Below the pieces are notes generated by a model that saw only the letters and a list, made by a program, of their open reading frames with translations, was not told where the DNA came from and made no database searches. A stretch of DNA of 64,000 nt, taken from assembly GCA_963681965.1 (NCBI GenBank), contig OY820579.1:2048001-2112000 (forward strand). The letters are read 5' to 3'. The position numbers and the translations under genes are program-made. Origin of the DNA: a bacterium (GTDB lineage Bacteria; Electryoneota; JAOADG01). Below, piece after piece: positions 1 through 9,006 of the stretch. Every line of letters starts with the position of its first letter. The first letter of the stretch is position 1.

Positions 1-476
1 CCCTGAATCTGACGCAAATCAATTGCCAGTTCCGCCGCCAATCGCAACGCAATTGGTGAAGCCAAGATCCGACCTGATTCTGGCGGTGTCGGTAAAGTAT
101 TCTGCTTTTCCAATTGCTCAACTGGTTTCACTTCGACAGGTTTTATTACTTCGGGTACGGGTGCTGGTTTTAAAATTTCAATTACGACCGGTATCAGCTC
201 CGGTTTAGCTGTCGGAGGTGTTGCGGGAATGGATTCGGTGGCTTCGCCTAGGACTGCTAGAATCGTGCCGATCGCAACTGCTTCACCGGCAGGAACCCGG
301 ATTTCCAGCAGTATTCCTTCGTCGAATGCTTCGAATTCCATTGTCGCTTTATCGGATTCGATTTCCGCGAGTACATCGCCCGGTTGTACCCGATCGCCAA
401 CCTTCTTATTCCACGATAACACTTTACCCGTGGTCATCGTATCCGACAAGCGCGGCATCGTCAAATTCATCGACAT
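1..476 (-). CDS. pdhC: Pyruvate dehydrogenase E2 (dihydrolipoamide acetyltransferase), N-terminal part; runs off the window edge
   Basis: Read manually from ATG at 476: [54 protein letters not shown], a lipoyl domain with the E-S-D-K-A lipoylation motif. Lies directly downstream of pdhA-pdhB. Confidence 0.9.
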   Translation of the reverse strand, partial: [158 protein letters not shown]

Positions 477-501
477 AGCAAATCCCTATCAAAACTCTTT
501 A

Positions 502-1482
502 TTAGCGCAAATACATCACGCGTTGAACTGCTGCAATGACCTCTTCGGCTTGTGGCAGCGCCAAGTGTTCCAGATGCTTGTTATAAGGCATGGGAACATC
601 TTTTCCGGTAATCCGCTCGATCGGTGCATCGAGATAATCGAAAACATTCTGTTGTACGCGAAATGCAATTTCGGTGCCGACGCTATTAAATGGCAATGCT
701 TCTTCAACAATTACCAATCGATTGGTCTTACGCACCGAATCGAAAATCAATTGATCGTCAAGTGGTCGCAACGTTCGTGGGTCGATAATCTCCACAGCAA
801 TACCCAGCTTCGCTAATTCGCTTCCCGCTGCCAGTGCAGTGTGCAACGCCTTGCCCCAAGCAACGATCGTACAATCGCTACCTGCCAATTTGATATCCCC
901 TTTCCCGATGGGAACTAAGTGTTCGCCGTCGGGTACTTCCCCTTTGAAACCGTACAGCGTCTCGGCTTCGAGAAAGATCACGGTATCGTTGTCGCGAATA
1001 GCACTTTTTAGAAGACCCTTAAAGTCGGCGGGAGTTGCCGGAGCGATCACTTTCAAGCCGGGAAAGTGGCAGAAGATCGCTTCAAGCGATTGACTGTGTT
1101 GCGCACCGAGTTGATGCGCAGCACCATTCACACCGCGTATCGTCAGCGGCATTGAGAATTGTCCGCCCGACATGTAGCGCATTTTCGCGGCATTGTTGAT
1201 AATTTGATCGAGTGCGAGAATCGCGAAGTTGAATGTCATCATTTCAATCACCGGTCGCAGTCCGACTTGAGCCGAACCGACGCCGACTCCGGTGAATCCA
1301 AGTTCAGTAATGGGAGTATCGATTACCCGCATCGGTCCGAATTTGTCGATCAATCCCGTACTGATTTTGTATGCACCGTTGTAATATCCGACTTCTTCGC
1401 CCATCAGAAAGACATCGGGATCGCGTTCCATCTCTTCGACTAACGCTTGATTCAATGCTTCCCGGACAGTGAACTCAGCCAT
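502..1482 (-). CDS. pdhB: Pyruvate dehydrogenase E1 beta subunit
   Basis: MAEFTVREALNQAL...GEEVG...DTPITE...AQHSQ. Start moved to ATG 1482, which overlaps the pdhA stop. Confidence 0.95.
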   Translation of the reverse strand: MAEFTVREALNQALVEEMERDPDVFLMGEEVGYYNGAYKISTGLIDKFGPMRVIDTPITELGFTGVGVGSAQVGLRPVIEMMTFNFAILALDQIINNAAKMRYMSGGQFSMPLTIRGVNGAAHQLGAQHSQSLEAIFCHFPGLKVIAPATPADFKGLLKSAIRDNDTVIFLEAETLYGFKGEVPDGEHLVPIGKGDIKLAGSDCTIVAWGKALHTALAAGSELAKLGIAVEIIDPRTLRPLDDQLIFDSVRKTNRLVIVEEALPFNSVGTEIAFRVQQNVFDYLDAPIERITGKDVPMPYNKHLEHLALPQAEEVIAAVQRVMYLR

Positions 1483-2455
1483 GCTGCACCTCCGAGTAAA
1501 TATCGGTATACAGTTCGGAATCGGCGGGTTCCGGCGATTCCGTCGCAAATCGGTCGGCTTCCGTTACGATCAACTTCACTTCCGCTTCGATCTGTTTCTC
1601 GATGGTTTCGTCATACAATTCCAATTCTTGCATTTTCGTACGCAATTTGAGAATCGGATCTTGATGTTTCTGTTCTTCGACTTCATCCTTCGTGCGATAA
1701 TGTCCGTGAATCGGATCCGACATCGAATGTCCGCGGAAACGGTAAGTATGCGCTTCGATCAGAGTGGGGAGGCTGCGTCCACGCGCGCGTGCGACGGCTT
1801 CACTAACTGCATTGTATACTTCGAATACATCCATACCGTCGATGTGTGAGCGCTCCATATCGTAGGCATACGCTTTTTGAGATAAATCGTAAACGGAAGA
1901 TGCGCGCTCTACCGGTGTGCCCATCCCGAATCGGTTGTTCTCGCAGATATAGATAACCGGAAGATGCCAGATCGATGCCAAATTCAGCGATTCGTGGAAC
2001 GCTCCCTGATTGATTGCCCCTTCACCAAAAAAACAGAGTACCACATCGTCGCGCTTGCGATACTTGATCGACCAACCGACTCCGGTTGCTACCGGAATTT
2101 GTCCTCCGACGATGCCGTTCCCACCGAGGAACCGTTTGTCCGCGGAGAACATGTGCATCGAGCCCCCTTTGCCCTTCGAGCAGCCAGTGCTTTTACCGTA
2201 TAACTCAGCCAATACTTCGTTGCAACTCATCCCTTTGGCGATGGCATGTCCGTGGTCGCGGTATGCAGTGAGTACATAATCGGACTCGCGCAATGCATCA
2301 ATGGCACCTACGGCGCAAGCTTCTTGACCGATATAAAGATGGCAAAATCCACCGATTTTGCCTTGTTGATAACTTTGCGCGGTTCGCTCTTCGAAGCGGC
2401 GTATCAATAACATTTCCCGCAGGAATTTATACGCCAATTCGCGATCGATAGTCAT
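1475..2455 (-). CDS. pdhA: Pyruvate dehydrogenase E1 alpha subunit
   Basis: GFCHLYIGQEA, GKGGSMH, TPP-binding GEGA...ENN, RFRGHSMSDP. Confidence 0.96.
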   Translation of the reverse strand: MTIDRELAYKFLREMLLIRRFEERTAQSYQQGKIGGFCHLYIGQEACAVGAIDALRESDYVLTAYRDHGHAIAKGMSCNEVLAELYGKSTGCSKGKGGSMHMFSADKRFLGGNGIVGGQIPVATGVGWSIKYRKRDDVVLCFFGEGAINQGAFHESLNLASIWHLPVIYICENNRFGMGTPVERASSVYDLSQKAYAYDMERSHIDGMDVFEVYNAVSEAVARARGRSLPTLIEAHTYRFRGHSMSDPIHGHYRTKDEVEEQKHQDPILKLRTKMQELELYDETIEKQIEAEVKLIVTEADRFATESPEPADSELYTDIYSEVQHG

Positions 2456-2467
2456 TTGATTTCCTCG

Positions 2468-3100
2468 TTATGTGTCAAATATCATCAATGCAACCCGTTT
2501 TGGACCGTGAACCCCTTTTACTAGCACTTTCTCGATATCGGCAGTGCGCGACGGTCCGCTAATCCAGACCCAGCCGTGCGGTGCTTGTGTCGCTAGTCGC
2601 GTCAATGCGTCGTCGATCTTCGCTACGATCCGGGATTTGGTTGTCATAAATAATACGTTCGGCGGCAGCAAAGAGAGAGCGCGAGGACGTCCCGGTCGGC
2701 TGGAAACCGCAATCGATCCTGTTTCGCCGATACACAATTCGCAGCCCGAGATCGCTACTTCGCATTGTGAAATAGTATTTCGATCGAAGTGATCGCCGAG
2801 AATCAGTTCCGGAAAACGATTGTTCCAGTCACCTTTGCAATCGTCTTCTTCGGCAATCCAGACCGATTTCGCACCGAATTCATGCTGGATAAATTCGGCA
2901 ATGACTTTGCTTCGCTCGATTGGATCGGCTACGGGAGGTAGTAAAATACCGTCGTTCCGCTTCCACTCTGCCAGAAATCGTGTCAGCGGATCATCGATAG
3001 CTGCTCCCCAGGATTCTAGCGCCGGCATTGTTGCCTTATGATCGGTTGATCGCAATGTCGTGCGGATTGAACTCAAAATATCTGTTCGTGAATCGTTCAT
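2468..3100 (-). CDS. lutC: Lactate utilization protein C (LUD domain)
   Basis: ETGSI...RALSLLP...ISGPSRTADIEKVLVKGVHGP; follows lutB. Confidence 0.88.
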   Translation of the reverse strand: MNDSRTDILSSIRTTLRSTDHKATMPALESWGAAIDDPLTRFLAEWKRNDGILLPPVADPIERSKVIAEFIQHEFGAKSVWIAEEDDCKGDWNNRFPELILGDHFDRNTISQCEVAISGCELCIGETGSIAVSSRPGRPRALSLLPPNVLFMTTKSRIVAKIDDALTRLATQAPHGWVWISGPSRTADIEKVLVKGVHGPKRVALMIFDT

Positions 3101-3132
3101 GTCACTTCTCTATGATAATCGATCGTAAAAAA

Positions 3133-4527
3133 TTACTTACCGCGTTCTTTCCGCCATCGTTCCCTAAAGCTGGTGCTGGCGCCACTAAGAGGTTTGCGTA
3201 ACGGAGTCCAGCCAGGCAGATAGGAATTCATTTTGAGCTGCGATGCGAACTTGAATAATTTACCGGCACGTTCAAATAAATCGGGATGAATGACGGTGTT
3301 GGCAAATGCAGCGAAACCCATCCGTTCGACAATCGGTCGCATTCGTTCCCGGTCGGAGATCCGCATTCGCAATGTCAATAAATGCTCAGTCAGTGGCACT
3401 TTTACCGGACAGATCTCGACACACGCGCCACACAACGATGATGCGAACGGCAACGATTTGGTCGTTTCCATCCCTTTGAACTGCGGGGTTAGCACTGCAC
3501 CGATCGGACCCATATACGCCGATCCGTATGCATGACCACCGGCGCGTTGATATACCGGGCAGACATTCAAACAGGCACCACAGCGAATGCACAATAGCGA
3601 TTCTTTCAATTCTCGATCGGCAAGAATCTTCGTTCGTCCATTATCGAGCAAAATCAGGTGCATCGTTTCCGGTCCATCGGATTCATTCGCTTGTCGAGGA
3701 TGACTGACGAAATTGGTATAGACTGAGATCCGTTGTCCGGTAGCACTTCGCGCCAGCATCCGGATCAACGTCCCGATTTGTACTTCTTGTGCAATAACTT
3801 TTTCAATGCCGCAAATTGCGATATGCAATTTCGGATATGCCGTGCAGAATCGCGCATTCCCTTCATTCTCGACGACCACCAGCCGTCCGGTGTCAGCCGC
3901 GGCGAAGTTGACCCCACTAATTCCCGCATCGGCTTGCAAGAATTTTTCGCGAAGGATATCACGCGCCATCTTAGTTAGCGTTTCAGGATCTTCGATATAC
4001 GGTAACTTCAAATTATCTTCGAAAATCTTCCCGATCTGCTGCCGCGAGAGATGAAGTGCCGGAGCAGTGATGTGCGAAGGTGGCTTCCCTTCCAACTGCA
4101 CGATATATTCACCAAGATCGGTTTCCACAGTTTCAATCTGGTGTGCTTCGAGATAGGGATTTAACTCGATCTCTTCCGTCGTCATCGATTTCGATTTGAC
4201 TACTTTTCGGACGCCATTTTCTTGAAGCAACTTCAGAACTAGTTGTTTCGCTTCTTCGGCATCGCGCGCGAAATGCACTGCGACCCCATTTTTTTTACAA
4301 CTGGCTTCCAGTTGTTCCAGCAGTTCATCAAGATGATCGAGTGAATATCGACGGATCTGATTCGCACAATCGCGCATCCGTTCCCATTCCGGGAAATCGG
4401 GAACGACACTGTCGCGTAACGAGAGCGAATGCCATGTCGCTTTCTTCAGAACTTTCTGGAGGTACTCGTTTGCTACTGCGGCTTTGGCTGCTTCTGGAAA
4501 CCGTTCAGGGTGAAAGTGATCGCTCAT
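3133..4527 (-). CDS. lutB: Lactate utilization Fe-S protein B
   Basis: KSKSMTTEEI, ETDLGEYIVQL, PSHITAPALH, CIRCGACLNVCP, SSLCGACVEICP. Confidence 0.95.
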   Translation of the reverse strand: MSDHFHPERFPEAAKAAVANEYLQKVLKKATWHSLSLRDSVVPDFPEWERMRDCANQIRRYSLDHLDELLEQLEASCKKNGVAVHFARDAEEAKQLVLKLLQENGVRKVVKSKSMTTEEIELNPYLEAHQIETVETDLGEYIVQLEGKPPSHITAPALHLSRQQIGKIFEDNLKLPYIEDPETLTKMARDILREKFLQADAGISGVNFAAADTGRLVVVENEGNARFCTAYPKLHIAICGIEKVIAQEVQIGTLIRMLARSATGQRISVYTNFVSHPRQANESDGPETMHLILLDNGRTKILADRELKESLLCIRCGACLNVCPVYQRAGGHAYGSAYMGPIGAVLTPQFKGMETTKSLPFASSLCGACVEICPVKVPLTEHLLTLRMRISDRERMRPIVERMGFAAFANTVIHPDLFERAGKLFKFASQLKMNSYLPGWTPLRKPLSGASTSFRERWRKERGK

Positions 4528-5255
4528 CGTATCGCCCCCGATCCCGCCATCACTTCGGCGATCGATAGAAATCCCAGATCAATCTTGCGTTGTTCGGCAC
4601 GCGTTTTCATGTGCATCAAGCACGAAACGTCGCCGGCAACAATCGCATCGACACCTTTATCCACTGCTTGTTGTAATTTCGCATCTGCCATCGATACCGA
4701 TATCTCCGGATACTTGATCGAGAAAGTGCCGCCAAACCCGCAACAGGCACTCCGGTCTTCAGTCGGAACAACCGTCAGTCCTGAAATACCGGTTAAAATA
4801 TGTTCGGCATAATCGCTGACTTTTAATTCACGGAGTCCGTGACACGAGCGGTGCAGCAAAATCTTGCCCGAGCGTGATTGCAATACTTTCGGGTTGCCGA
4901 GTTTCTCGCACCAGAATTGCGTGAATTCGAATGTTCGCTTCCGAAGATTTTCCCAACGCGATCGATCAAGATCGGAGATCGGTAATGTCTCGAAATGATT
5001 GACGATCATCGATCCGCATGAACCCGAGGGAATGACAACTGGAAGATTGTCCTCAGATAGGATTGCCAGAAGATGTGTTGCGATCTTGGCAGATTCGGTA
5101 TGATAACCTGAATTGAATGCCGGTTGACCACAACAAGTCGCGCGTTGATCGAATCGCACGATGCATCCGGCACGCTCTAGCAAATCGACACAAGCCCAAC
5201 CCGCTTCCGGAAAGAGCAAATCGATGAAACATGGGATGAAGAGTTTTACTTCCAT
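4524..5255 (-). CDS. lutA: Lactate utilization protein A (CCG-domain Fe-S protein)
   Basis: LFIPCFID, CCGQPAFNSG, PSGSC, CCGFGGTFS, DVSCLMH; start moved to MEVKLF at 5255. Confidence 0.92.
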   Translation of the reverse strand: MEVKLFIPCFIDLLFPEAGWACVDLLERAGCIVRFDQRATCCGQPAFNSGYHTESAKIATHLLAILSEDNLPVVIPSGSCGSMIVNHFETLPISDLDRSRWENLRKRTFEFTQFWCEKLGNPKVLQSRSGKILLHRSCHGLRELKVSDYAEHILTGISGLTVVPTEDRSACCGFGGTFSIKYPEISVSMADAKLQQAVDKGVDAIVAGDVSCLMHMKTRAEQRKIDLGFLSIAEVMAGSGAIR

Positions 5256-5275
5256 TGAGCAAATCCAAATTATTC

Positions 5276-5303
5276 GAAAGGGGCGTTCTGCGCCCCTTTC
5301 TTT
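5276..5303. terminator. Rho-independent terminator-like hairpin between the NYN-domain gene and lutA
   Basis: GAAAGGGGCG-ttctg-CGCCCCTTTC followed by TTT. Confidence 0.6.
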
Positions 5304-5312
5304 ATTCATCAA

Positions 5313-8300
5313 TTAGCCGATTATTGGTTCAATAAATTGAAAATCGCTTCCGACTGCCGCACGCAATGCCAGCGATGCGCTTCCGTTTACCGCCAACACC
5401 CGTACTCGTTTACCCTGTGTCTTCAACGAACGTACCAGCATCGCGAAGTCGCCATCACCGGTTACCAGAATTACGGTTTCGACATTAGGATACTCGCGCA
5501 GCAGCCTGCTGCTTTCTAGATAAATCATAAAGTCGGCGCTATTTTCCTTCGTTCCTTCCGGCAGTAATGTATAGAATCCAGCTTGTTGGTACGGTCGCAT
5601 GTGACTAATGAACGGTTCGGCATCCCAATTGGCAATCGCAATCGGATAAAACAGAATCCGATGATCTTTTCGAACCCAATTGAGAATCTGATCGGCGATA
5701 CCACCAACACGAATACCATCCCGATCATTCCAAGTTCGACCGGCGCGAAGTGCCTCGTCCTTCAATCCCAGAAAGAGATTTTCATGGTCGATTAAGATAA
5801 CTGTTGTCGATTTGTTGCGGTCTTCGGCTGTCGTTCCGAGTAGGTTGGCACCGTAAGCGAGTTTCGGTTGATACAACGGTGTAACGACTCGGATCTCGTT
5901 ATTCTTACCGGAGACCAATCCGATTTCTCGCAGATACATCAGATCGGGATCGTTGTCGAGTATTCGCGAGCCTTGCGAAATCGAATCGAGAATCGTGCGC
6001 GCCGGTTGTTGCGAAGGCATTTGTAAATCTGCCCACCGCCGAAATAGAATCGTCGATGAAGCGACCCAATTACCCGCAGTAATCAAATTCGATGCGAGAA
6101 TTCGTTGTTGCTGGACGTTGTTGACATCCTTGATTGCTTCCTGTAACAAGGCAACGAACAGTTCGTACACGCCACCACACAGTGTTTGAAGAGTTTGAAC
6201 CGCCTGCTCGCTGATTCCGGAGCGATCCTCAAACCAGTAATTCATCAGTGAAATCATCTGATCATCATTCAATACCGATACCCGGAGGATCTGCAGACTT
6301 CGCCAGAAAGTATGCTGCAAATGACGACGCAAATGAAACAGATCGCCCGTACAAACGATCCAGATCAGATCGGGCAATTCAATCAACTTCTGAAGTACAT
6401 CGAGGAAATTCGCTAATTGCTTACTCTGATCGGCGGTTGAAATGACCCAACCATCTGCAAAATTCGAGAGCACAATTGCTTGTTTTGCACGAGCATTGAT
6501 TGTCGAGCGCAAGCTATCGATACTTTTGGTTAAATCGGCAATCGATGACCCATTCATCGTGAATGTGGGATAGCATTTGGTGAGGATTTGTGTGGTCCAC
6601 TTGACGATTCTTTCTTCCTCGAAATTGCCATCTGGAGCAGAAACGATATGCACCTGACAGTTGACATGCTCCCCTTCTGCAGCGATTTGTCCGGCAATCT
6701 GCGCCACTCCGAATCCATTCGGTGCTTCCAGTGCAATCACTTCGCCCGGTAAATTTGTTGCAAGGTGACGACGCAACCGATTCTGAATTTCCGGATATAA
6801 TTCGAGTAGATTGACACCGCTTAGATGATCGCGCGGTGTATAGCTGCGGTCGGTTCGGTAGAGCTTCACCGACTGTTCAATGATCCCGTCCTGCGACCGT
6901 AGAATCACCGATGAGGGGAGGGTACCGTCGTGACTCATCCATCGCACTGCCAATTCTCGACGTAAAGCATCTTGTCGATTGTGCGGCAATACCGTTAATT
7001 CACCGCTCCAGTCCGAACTCGGATACACATTCCAAGTGGTATGCGTGGGATATGGTTCCGAAAATTCGAATCCGATCAATCCGGTGGAAGCATTTGGTGA
7101 AATAAATTCTTCACCTTCGTTTTCGATCGAATCGATTCGTTCGGTCGTCAATTCCTGTAGCGGAGCTGAATTCGGTTCAAATGCCAGCATCGCGCGACGA
7201 TAACGGAGAAGCTTCGCTTCCGGCATTCCCGAGTTCTGTGCACCATCGATACCCGGTTTCAATGAATCGTACAATTGGTTCCGGAAACAGAATTCCAGAT
7301 AGTAATGCCAATTATCGAGCTTCGATTTTCGCGGCGCTTTACTGTTCGATGTCGCCTCGGCTTTGCGTAAAAATGCATCCTTCGCATCGACAATATTGCC
7401 GGACATTTCATGCAATTTACCGAGGTAATGCCAATTCGCCCAGAACCACGGATATCGCTCGGTACGGGTCTTGAAATGCTCGATACCAAGTTCCAGCAAT
7501 CCTTCGGTTTGGAAGTATGCAAAATCTTTTTCGAGTCGGGCTATCGGCACTAACGCGTCGTTTGGGTCGGAGAGATCGCTCCCTTTTCTTCCGATTGCTA
7601 TCGCGGCGTTGTCGATCAGTTTACGGAGCAGATATTGACGGGTGTCTTCGTCGCTATGACGAAATGCCAGCATCACACCGACTGGTAACCATTCGATCGT
7701 TTCCAGTTGCGCGATTCGTTGCGGAATGATGTCGTACTGCTCTAACTGAAGCAATAGTCCCAGAACCGCACCGACATACGGGCGACGATGTAAATTCCGG
7801 TCAAACAATTCTTGCGAACAGAGTAAGTCGGATGCTTCTTGTAATCGTTTTGTGCGAACGTAGATTCCAGCCAGATTGGTGATGGTGGCAAAGTCCTGAC
7901 GGCGTGCCGTAATGATTTGTTGCAACAGTCGTTCAGCTGAGCTGTAGTCGCCGGTTAATATCAATGAGTAGGCATACCACTCTTTTACACCCAAATCGCC
8001 GGGAGCTAAATCAAAAGTAGCGCGAAACATATCGACCGATTTACCGAGTGAATCTTCATCGAATAAACTCTGTTGAGCATCACGGAACATTTCGATTGCT
8101 TCGCGATCTCCTTCGCGCAACGTCTTCAGCGGACGCCACCACTCCAACCACCGTTCCAGCGAGTTGATTAGTCGCGATTGCAGTTGATCCGATACTTCAC
8201 CGATCGTGTTGAAAACCGTATCGTCAGGAACATTCAACGTCCAGTCGGCAATCACTGCCGATACTTCCGGTTCAAATAAATCGATCCACTCTGCTTCCAC

Positions 8301-8984
8301 TTCGCCGGTGGCGATTCGGGTTGCCACTTCGCCGGCAAGAAAATCGCGAGCATTCTGTCGAAACGCTTGTTTGGCTGGGTGATTCGGATGTGCAAAGGTG
8401 TAGTTCCAGCCAAAGCGGATATTCTTCCGCAACATCTGACGGCGACCATCATCGTCTACTTGCGATTGCCAATGTCGATCCCAAATCCGCCACACCACAT
8501 CGTCGGTCAACCGATTCAAATCAATCCCATTTGGCAACCGATCGAATGATGCCTGAACGCCAAGCAATCGCCGAACGCGTTGCCGGACCCGGCTGCGCAA
8601 TCGGTCGAGATCGTCCCAGCGCGGTAGCGACGATCCCGCTAATAGTGCCAGTTTCAATGCGCCCAGCGCGCGTTCGCGCCAATCCACCGATGTGGCTAAT
8701 TGGTAAGATAGAAATGCTAATTTCTCGCACTGTTCCCAATAACTCTCTTCATACAATCCGGTGGCAAGACGATATGCCAAACCGGTTACATCGGAAATCA
8801 CCGAGTCGCGATGATATTCCAATGGTCGTTGACGCCAGCCCAGTACTGAATTGGTCGTAGCAGTCAACAAGTCGCGCATTTGTTCTTTTTCGTCGCCAGA
8901 AATTAGGTTCCAGGATTGAGCAGAAGTTTCGATAATGCTGTCAATCAAATCGTTTATTGGCGGTGTCTGCTGTTCATAGATCAT
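5313..8984 (-). CDS. 1223-aa protein: helical/TPR region, degenerate STAND-like P-loop domain, winged-helix-like segment, C-terminal NYN (LabA/DUF88, PIN-fold) nuclease domain
   Basis: C-terminal ILIDHEN...KENSAD...LVTGDGDFAMLVRSLKTQGKRVRVL matches NYN. TPR-like helices (WYAYSLILTGDYSSAERLLQQII, WHYLGKLHEMSGNIVDAKDAF). VIALEAPNGFGVAQ resembles a Walker A lacking GKT. GGAG SD upstream. Confidence 0.75.
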   Translation of the reverse strand: MIYEQQTPPINDLIDSIIETSAQSWNLISGDEKEQMRDLLTATTNSVLGWRQRPLEYHRDSVISDVTGLAYRLATGLYEESYWEQCEKLAFLSYQLATSVDWRERALGALKLALLAGSSLPRWDDLDRLRSRVRQRVRRLLGVQASFDRLPNGIDLNRLTDDVVWRIWDRHWQSQVDDDGRRQMLRKNIRFGWNYTFAHPNHPAKQAFRQNARDFLAGEVATRIATGEVEAEWIDLFEPEVSAVIADWTLNVPDDTVFNTIGEVSDQLQSRLINSLERWLEWWRPLKTLREGDREAIEMFRDAQQSLFDEDSLGKSVDMFRATFDLAPGDLGVKEWYAYSLILTGDYSSAERLLQQIITARRQDFATITNLAGIYVRTKRLQEASDLLCSQELFDRNLHRRPYVGAVLGLLLQLEQYDIIPQRIAQLETIEWLPVGVMLAFRHSDEDTRQYLLRKLIDNAAIAIGRKGSDLSDPNDALVPIARLEKDFAYFQTEGLLELGIEHFKTRTERYPWFWANWHYLGKLHEMSGNIVDAKDAFLRKAEATSNSKAPRKSKLDNWHYYLEFCFRNQLYDSLKPGIDGAQNSGMPEAKLLRYRRAMLAFEPNSAPLQELTTERIDSIENEGEEFISPNASTGLIGFEFSEPYPTHTTWNVYPSSDWSGELTVLPHNRQDALRRELAVRWMSHDGTLPSSVILRSQDGIIEQSVKLYRTDRSYTPRDHLSGVNLLELYPEIQNRLRRHLATNLPGEVIALEAPNGFGVAQIAGQIAAEGEHVNCQVHIVSAPDGNFEEERIVKWTTQILTKCYPTFTMNGSSIADLTKSIDSLRSTINARAKQAIVLSNFADGWVISTADQSKQLANFLDVLQKLIELPDLIWIVCTGDLFHLRRHLQHTFWRSLQILRVSVLNDDQMISLMNYWFEDRSGISEQAVQTLQTLCGGVYELFVALLQEAIKDVNNVQQQRILASNLITAGNWVASSTILFRRWADLQMPSQQPARTILDSISQGSRILDNDPDLMYLREIGLVSGKNNEIRVVTPLYQPKLAYGANLLGTTAEDRNKSTTVILIDHENLFLGLKDEALRAGRTWNDRDGIRVGGIADQILNWVRKDHRILFYPIAIANWDAEPFISHMRPYQQAGFYTLLPEGTKENSADFMIYLESSRLLREYPNVETVILVTGDGDFAMLVRSLKTQGKRVRVLAVNGSASLALRAAVGSDFQFIEPIIG

Positions 8985-9006
8985 ATCTCGCTCCGGTAAA
9001 TCGTCA

